Positions 55,301 through 59,407 of a stretch of 59,407 nucleotides of DNA are shown piece after piece. Every line of letters begins with the position of its first letter. The stretch's first letter is position 1. The notes beneath the pieces were generated by a model. It worked only from the letters and a program-made list of their open reading frames with translations, was not told where the DNA came from and made no database searches. The DNA is from a virus. Its lineage: Duplodnaviria; Caudoviricetes. The translations under genes and the position numbers were made by a program. The stretch lies in IMG/VR virus record IMGVR_UViG_3300042375_000244, positions 1 through 59,407 of that record. One strand, written 5' to 3'.

Positions 55301-58300
55301 CGGGAACGTATCTCGGACGGTCTTGGCTTCTATGCACGGGAAGCATTGAAGGTTCAGCCCGAGGGTCAAAACCTTGGTTTCGGTCTTGGCTTGCCCCAGA
55401 TCACCCCGATGGAATTGATCGACGCTGCAATTAAGCGTGCTCAGGGGGCAACCCCTCCGTCTGCCGTAACTACCGCAGCAATCACGATGTCGTCAGTCAC
55501 CACTAAAGGTTTGGATGGACGCAGGCGTGTGACCTTCTCAGACGGAACCGCGACCGACATTCAACGATACGAGACTGGAACTTCTTCCAAGGTCCCCGGC
55601 TGGCATGATGTAACTTCAGATCTTGGGGAAGGGTCCTATCTTGGAAAGACCCAGAATAGGGCGATTGCCGAACTTCTGAAGCGCAAGAACGCCCAGAAGT
55701 TTGTACCTGACACCGCGCCGATAGGGGTGGTGGATGATCCAAAGCCCACTGACCTTGGACCTTCGAACCAACCTGTCATTGTTGGCGAGGTTCCGCAGTC
55801 GGTCAAAGACAGCACAACCCTTGAGCTTGGACCGGGAACCGCGCAGTGGTTTGAACAAAACCTTCCGGGCGTGGATAACGTGCTGCGTGAGTTGCAGTAT
55901 CGCCTGTATCCGGGGACGCGGTTTACTGTTCAAACCGACAAGCCTCTTGAAGGTTACGGGCGGGCTAAAACATCCGAGGGGTCGGTTGTAATCAATGTCG
56001 ATCCCTTTCAACTAAAGGAAGACTTTGAGAAAGCTGGTGGAGACTACCGAGCCAAGCTCTTGCACACACTTCTCCACGAGATGTCGCACCCAATTCAATT
56101 TTTCTGGGTTAACAATGCGGACGTCAACACGCAGGCAGCTATCTTTGCCCAGTTTCTGAAAGAGCGAAGCGGCACTGCGGTGCAGCGTGCGGGCCTTCTA
56201 AAATACATTCTTGACCAGAAGAACTCCAATGTAGACGTCCAGACTCTCCGCGAGCGCCTACTCAAGACGTTTAGTCTTACCGACGGGCAGTTTAGGAGAT
56301 TGCTCGAAACGGAACGGAACATAGGCGAGAAGTCCCCAGACATCTATCGCAAGAACCTAAGCGACGCCTACTATAGGAAGTACTCGGAATGGGTGGCCGA
56401 GAAGGGGGCTCAGTGGATGTCGAAGGAGCTTCAAGGTCGTCTCCCGCAGACGGTCTTTGAGAAGTTCCAAAAGGAGATGTTCGTAAAGCTTCGCAGCATC
56501 TACGAGACAGTCGCTAAACTCTTGGGCGTTCCAACAAGCACGGGCGCTTTCGAGAAGATGTTGTCAGATATTTGGGGGGTTAAGGTAAGCACCCCCAAAG
56601 CTAGGTTCGGGGTCAAGGACGGCAAGACAAACAAGGACTCGGTTCTCTCTGATGAGGCCGAGGCTGCTTATGAGAAGGCCTTGGACGGTGATCCGTCTGC
56701 CATCAGCAAGCTGCCCGGCGGCGATACTGCACGTCTGAACTCCGAGAAGTTTGCAAAACTCACCACCAAGGTGCGGACATTCTTCGACCCCACGTACATG
56801 ATTGACAAGTATCCAATTCTGTCAGAGTTCCGGAACCTTCTCTTCGGCAAGATCGGCATGGCTACGCAACGTGCGAAAGATCTGTCGGACACAATCTCGA
56901 AGGGGACGCCTGAAGTGCAGGCGCAGTCCTACACCTTCTTGACCACGCGCGACGCCAACCCGAACATCATCACTGACGAGAACGTCCGAAAGGCGTCCAT
57001 CGAGGTGAAGAAGGAAATAAATCGCATCGCGCAGGAGATGGTGAGCAAGAAGCTTCTGTCACAGGAGAGCCTCGACAAATACTATGACCAGTACTTGCCG
57101 CGTATGTATCTGTACTACGAGGCTACAGGTCGTGGGGTTAAGAGCCCGAACAGAACGATCTCTGACCAAGGCTATCTGGATCTTCGCAAGGAGCTTTCGG
57201 AAGAGGAGCGCAAACTTCTTGGTGAAATTAAAAACCCTGCGTTCTTGTCTTATGTGGCGTTGACCCGTCCGCAGAGCGACTTGGCGATGGCCGAGTATTT
57301 CTCACAAATCAAAACTCAGTCCACGAAGGGTTCGGCGGAAGACGCCAAGGAGGAGGATAAGGTCAACTGGATCGCCCCGAACTCCCTCGTGGAGTTTCAG
57401 GGAGAGATGGTGACGCCGTACTGGTTGTTGGCGGAAGCCAACACGATGGACGACATTGCTAGGCTGACCGAAGAAACTGACCCTGCCGCTGCAAAACTAA
57501 TGCGGGAGCGGGCAGATGACATGCGCCGTACCGCTGCCCCGGAGAAGTCGCGTCAGGAAGCTGTTGATCTCCCTGAGAACTACCAGCGTCTGCCGGACAG
57601 CCCTCGGTATGGGGTGTTGCGTGGCGCGATTATTCAGAAGGGGATTTACGACGACATCGTTGGAGGCTTCGTGTCGATCCCTCGTGGGGAAATGCCGTTC
57701 ATACAAAGGCTTCTTGGCGACGAGCAGAGCGCCCTCGTCAAGATAAACCAGATCTGGAAACTGTCGAAGATTACGTTGAACATCCCCTCGCAGGCCCGCA
57801 ACGGGATCTCAAACACGATTGGTATGCACTTCTTCGGCGGGGTGCCGCTGTACCGTATCCCCGGTTATCTCTATCGCGCCGCGAAGGAGATTACGGAAAA
57901 CGGAGACTCCTATAAAGACGCGCAGAAGTACGGCATCACGGGTGGAACTATGTCTGCCGCTGAGATGATCCGGGTTCGCGCCGACCTAGAGCAGTATCTC
58001 CGCAAGGGTGGCGGCAAGGATGGAGGTCTCTTTGGTGCGTTTGCTGCGGCACGTATTATAGCAGGCAAGGGTATCGGCGCTGCCTCTGACACATATCAGA
58101 GGATCGAAGTAGTCTTTAAGATGGCGATGTTTCTCCATGGTCGAGAGAAGGGGCTGTCTCCTTCTGCTTCTGTGGATGCTGCCAACGAGGCGCTGTTCGA
58201 CTACACGCTTGTAAACCCGAACATTCGGTATCTCCGTAACGCGCCGCTCGGCCTGCCCTTCGTGACATATTATTACAAGGCGTTGCCGAAGCTGGTCGAG

Positions 58301-59134
58301 ACGGCTTACAAGCATCCGACCCGACTTGTGCCTTACGTCGCTCTGGCCCTCGCCATCCCCCAACTGACAATGCTTGCGTTCGACATTGACGACGACGATT
58401 ACGAGGCGTTGCGTAAGACAATGCCCGAATACATCCGCAACAAGGGTTCTCTTTTCATCCTCCCCTATAAGAATGAGAAGGGTGATTGGAAGTACATTGA
58501 CACCGCCCCGTTCTTCCCGTGGTCCGCGTTCTCTGACCCAATCGTGCAAGCGACTTTCCGGCAAGATCCCGGTGGTGCCTTGAAGGAAGCGGTTAAACTC
58601 ATCACCTTCTCGGGTCCTATCGTGACAGCCATTGCTGGCATAACCACGGGCCGTGATCCGTTCACGGACAAGGAGATCATTGATCCGCGTCAGACCCCGC
58701 AGAACAAAGCTCTTGCTTTGGTGTCCTATGTCTGGAACCAAGCGATGCCGTCGATGTTGGCGATTGATGCTGTCAATCCTCAGAACGCGGCAGGCGCAAT
58801 CCCCCGTCTGTACAACGATGCGTTCGGTTCAGGCACTGGACTAGACAAGCGCGGTCAGCCCAAGCCTGAGTTCTTAGAAAACGCTGCTCGTCTGTTCGGC
58901 GCTAACATCAATACTCTGGAGCCTGTCACCCAGCGGGCGTTGAACATCAACTACATGACCAACAAAATCCGCGCTTCCGAAAGCCTCCGGGCTCAGATTG
59001 CAAAGGATCAGAGCATGACGCCGGTCGCCCGTCAGAGGGAAATCTTCGCGCTGAACGAGAAGATCCGTGAGGACTACAAGAAGCTCCAAGAGTACGCGAC
59101 GGAGACCGCACGGGCCACCAGCTTGAAGAAGTAG
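52382..59134 (+). CDS. Large polyvalent virion protein (2250 aa): ddrB-like ParB-fold domain and HExxH metallopeptidase-like motif
   Basis: LQPRDR...GAPIV...VESGNGR.MAL (ParB fold); LLHEMSH; Ala/Gly-rich TM-like N-terminal region; helical C-terminal region. Confidence 0.8.
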   Translation: MPVYEVQAPNGTILQIEGPEGASEESILSYAEKVAYPAFLAGKKKPEPQQSFLRQVADIPLQIGKGAASDVRSVIDTFGPGKTVSEGARSVEAYAQELLSAQSRKDSAEIARIMDEAKDEGILENVVAAARAFSVAPLDLIAQGVGSTIPRLALARVAGPYGIAALGAYGAASGAGTIKGAIFEETKKELMGRGVSEDVATGLAQKAAAYDGENLGQILIGTGLGVVAGVTGAERIINNALRRIGGAAARRQVGSTFGEGSTEVGRGVFARTALGVAGEAPLEALQGGQEQLAKNLAIQQEGFDRPTFQGVAGSAALDAIVGGAIGGTAGAAFGRRPDVIPPVVSPGSPGAETPPPAIPPAAPGLPTAVPAGAPPGAAVAAAAASPLQTDQSIQNIAAAQTGAVVPSSGPLKRSQTGAPVLAQGATNVVDPQLVTSAAQKLPLFGQGTIGRAFAGQTDVGQTLDPSTRPLALGVLPRDLAGARPRYKTTPLEFADGVTQALFITAPRKDGKKSDRDADYRKWLESQGYSPSEIDLRGKEVRNYIGSLVKKAPGVSLLPVPTFPKVAARAAQQPVAVAGQVAGQVAGQVADPSGRVTTTIADGLGPRYGMEPGAAAPAALAPAVAAPAPSTTDLGPASARTPEPLRVKTIKTGVPSTPEIEVAPQIVELSDIISSEIPGYDPTLQPRDRTRIGSDIQIADIIAKFDPQLLTFDLSTKRGAPIVNQNLNVESGNGRIMALRRIYESRPELAEAYKNELSRLGFDVSGMKNPVLIQRRITPLTPEETQQYLGTANTPDVMPMSALENAKQDAKRISPEMLDLIPEDRDYTYPEFVREFLRRLPATDLNDMLTNEGELTPDGERRVRNAVFAKAFGDPQAVARIAESTDDNIRSISNALIDNIVNFAKVRIAVDEGNIDPGFSTEPLVDAINRISRMRSTGTSLERYISQVDAFNPLPPMTEKFMRLFYSEKARALGRERISDGLGFYAREALKVQPEGQNLGFGLGLPQITPMELIDAAIKRAQGATPPSAVTTAAITMSSVTTKGLDGRRRVTFSDGTATDIQRYETGTSSKVPGWHDVTSDLGEGSYLGKTQNRAIAELLKRKNAQKFVPDTAPIGVVDDPKPTDLGPSNQPVIVGEVPQSVKDSTTLELGPGTAQWFEQNLPGVDNVLRELQYRLYPGTRFTVQTDKPLEGYGRAKTSEGSVVINVDPFQLKEDFEKAGGDYRAKLLHTLLHEMSHPIQFFWVNNADVNTQAAIFAQFLKERSGTAVQRAGLLKYILDQKNSNVDVQTLRERLLKTFSLTDGQFRRLLETERNIGEKSPDIYRKNLSDAYYRKYSEWVAEKGAQWMSKELQGRLPQTVFEKFQKEMFVKLRSIYETVAKLLGVPTSTGAFEKMLSDIWGVKVSTPKARFGVKDGKTNKDSVLSDEAEAAYEKALDGDPSAISKLPGGDTARLNSEKFAKLTTKVRTFFDPTYMIDKYPILSEFRNLLFGKIGMATQRAKDLSDTISKGTPEVQAQSYTFLTTRDANPNIITDENVRKASIEVKKEINRIAQEMVSKKLLSQESLDKYYDQYLPRMYLYYEATGRGVKSPNRTISDQGYLDLRKELSEEERKLLGEIKNPAFLSYVALTRPQSDLAMAEYFSQIKTQSTKGSAEDAKEEDKVNWIAPNSLVEFQGEMVTPYWLLAEANTMDDIARLTEETDPAAAKLMRERADDMRRTAAPEKSRQEAVDLPENYQRLPDSPRYGVLRGAIIQKGIYDDIVGGFVSIPRGEMPFIQRLLGDEQSALVKINQIWKLSKITLNIPSQARNGISNTIGMHFFGGVPLYRIPGYLYRAAKEITENGDSYKDAQKYGITGGTMSAAEMIRVRADLEQYLRKGGGKDGGLFGAFAAARIIAGKGIGAASDTYQRIEVVFKMAMFLHGREKGLSPSASVDAANEALFDYTLVNPNIRYLRNAPLGLPFVTYYYKALPKLVETAYKHPTRLVPYVALALAIPQLTMLAFDIDDDDYEALRKTMPEYIRNKGSLFILPYKNEKGDWKYIDTAPFFPWSAFSDPIVQATFRQDPGGALKEAVKLITFSGPIVTAIAGITTGRDPFTDKEIIDPRQTPQNKALALVSYVWNQAMPSMLAIDAVNPQNAAGAIPRLYNDAFGSGTGLDKRGQPKPEFLENAARLFGANINTLEPVTQRALNINYMTNKIRASESLRAQIAKDQSMTPVARQREIFALNEKIREDYKKLQEYATETARATSLKK
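54107..54149 (+). repeat. 12-nt tandem repeat x3.5 encoding VAGQ
   Basis: GTTGCTGGACAG units. Confidence 0.85.
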
Positions 59135-59137
59135 AGT

Positions 59138-59180
59138 TTGTCAGAAAGTCAGAAAGCAAGGCTTTATGGTTTTCTGACAA
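59138..59180. other. Inverted repeat between convergent late operon and helicase gene
   Basis: TTGTCAGAAA (59138-59147) and TTTCTGACAA (59171-59180); both arms contain TGWCA. Confidence 0.55.
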
Positions 59181-59407
59181 TCAAATAAGCCATTCTTTGT
59201 ACCCCTCGGACAGCACCTCGCTGGCGATGTTGATCTTGTTCCGGAGCGCCTTGAGGACCTTCTCCTCAACGGTGTTCTCCGTAACAAGGTCGATGTACGT
59301 CACGTTGTTCTTCTGCCCGATCCGGTGAGCACGGTCCTCTGACTGGATGCGAACCTCCAAATCAAAGCTGTTGGCGTAGTAAATAACCGTCGAGGCTTCT
59401 GTCAGGG
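59181..59407 (-). CDS. SNF2-family helicase, 3' end (joins 1-1350)
   Basis: Reads ...TVEEKVLKALRNKINIASEVLSEGYKEWLI* in frame with the 1-1350 part. Confidence 0.9.
   Translation of the reverse strand, partial: LTEASTVIYYANSFDLEVRIQSEDRAHRIGQKNNVTYIDLVTENTVEEKVLKALRNKINIASEVLSEGYKEWLI
59286..59407. repeat. Terminal direct repeat, right copy
   Basis: Matches 1-122. Confidence 0.95.

Noticed and set aside
57986-58741. 251-aa minus-strand ORF and other long alternative-frame ORFs (e.g. 48930-49685, 33510-34229, 9260-9997)
   Set aside because: They overlap well-supported genes on the opposite strand and are expected in GC-rich DNA.
1-59407. Integrase, attP, tRNA genes or host flanks (prophage)
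   Set aside because: None recognised by eye; all genes look phage-like and the contig circularises. A tRNAscan run would be needed to exclude tRNAs formally.

Overview
The window is an apparently complete, circularly permuted genome of a tailed dsDNA phage (59,285 bp unique; bases 1-122 repeat at 59286-59407 inside a helicase gene). Gene order suggests a podovirus-like virion: no tape measure or sheath, and large ejection-type proteins. Modules: replication (SNF2 helicase across the junction, SSB-like protein, AEP primase, UvrD helicase, family-A polymerase; 1-8.3 kb); a leftward cluster of small accessory genes (8.4-14.3 kb); an AT-rich inverted repeat, then terS, a nuclease and an HTH gene; a GC-rich leftward cassette (MoxR-type AAA + VWA-like); a 770-bp non-coding control region; then a rightward late operon (terL, portal, lysis genes, GroES-like, scaffold, Mu gpT-like capsid, tail and fibre genes, four ejection proteins ending in a 2250-aa polyvalent protein). 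No integrase, tRNA, CRISPR or reverse transcriptase was seen. GcrA-like and CtrA-like genes point to an alphaproteobacterial host (inference). The most unusual signals converge on host chromosome and cell-cycle machinery: a perfect parS palindrome, a dense TGWCA (often CTGWCAG) array whose motif also clusters across the genome, a Zur-like box, a 4.2-kb GANTC-free zone, one GcrA homolog plus two GcrA-like HTH genes, and a receiver-less CtrA-like DNA-binding protein. Family assignments come from motif recognition, not database searches; motif counts are manual.
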